Of a stretch of 55,831 nucleotides of DNA, positions 55,691 through 55,831 are shown piece after piece. Source of the stretch: Candidatus Binataceae bacterium (GTDB lineage: Bacteria > Desulfobacterota > Binatia > Binatales > Binataceae); the NCBI GenBank assembly GCA_050010455.1, contig JBEKLA010000001.1, positions 1-55,831 of the forward strand, read 5' to 3'. Position 1 is the stretch's first letter; each line of letters starts with the position of its first letter. The notes beneath the pieces were generated by a model. That model was not told the DNA's origin. It made no database searches and saw only the letters and a list, made by a program, of their open reading frames with translations. Position numbers and translations under genes: made by a program.

Positions 55691-55831
55691 AACTCTGCGG
55701 GGCTGCGCGATGCGACTCTCGCGCGCGCTCTTGATACCAAAAAAATCGTGACGCGCGATTTCAAAAATTGCCCGACTTCACGACGTTTTCTTCTTATCTT
55801 TCGCCATATAATCGCCCGCCTCTCTGTCGCC

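Overview
This is a high-GC bacterial chromosomal segment (by eye mid-60s % GC, not computed). It is gene-dense on both strands, with about 57 supportable protein-coding genes and one tRNA. I saw no rRNA, CRISPR array, intact IS element, transposase or integrase. Lineage cannot be assigned from sequence alone.

Most genes are housekeeping:
- Cell envelope: partial M23 peptidase, mltG, PBP5-type carboxypeptidase, bactofilin, CpoB-like protein.
- DNA repair: ruvX, nth, ATP-dependent ligase.
- Metabolism: E1alpha/E1beta/E2 2-oxoacid dehydrogenase, pntAA-pntAB-pntB, pyrE, aroE, thiolase plus DUF35, acyl-CoA dehydrogenase, aminotransferase.
- Stress: two hsp20 genes and a Usp.

Features worth a second look:
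1. Two diverged, convergently oriented copies of the same five-gene membrane module: a low-complexity membrane protein, MoxR AAA+, DUF58, BatA-N and a double-VWA protein. They lie at 2589-10445 (+) and 24023-31803 (-). Each is welded without a gap onto upstream envelope or repair genes.
2. Two tandem ~314-bp-spaced homologous non-coding units at 23459-23963. Each ends in a GC hairpin plus T-run, so they are candidate paired sRNAs of no family I recognise.
3. A lower-GC islet at about 39.9-43.1 kb. It encodes a lipoprotein with a ~500-aa Thr/Pro/Ala nested-repeat region and an 8-Cys secreted protein.
4. An initiator tRNA flanked by a DUF4258-like/DUF2283 pair.
5. A higBA cassette followed by a ~100-bp higB fragment with an in-frame stop, at the junction with a lower-GC beta-propeller gene.
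6. A REP-like palindromic element present at both 11.1-11.2 kb and 55.6 kb.

All functional calls come from motif recognition in the supplied or self-made translations. No database search was possible.
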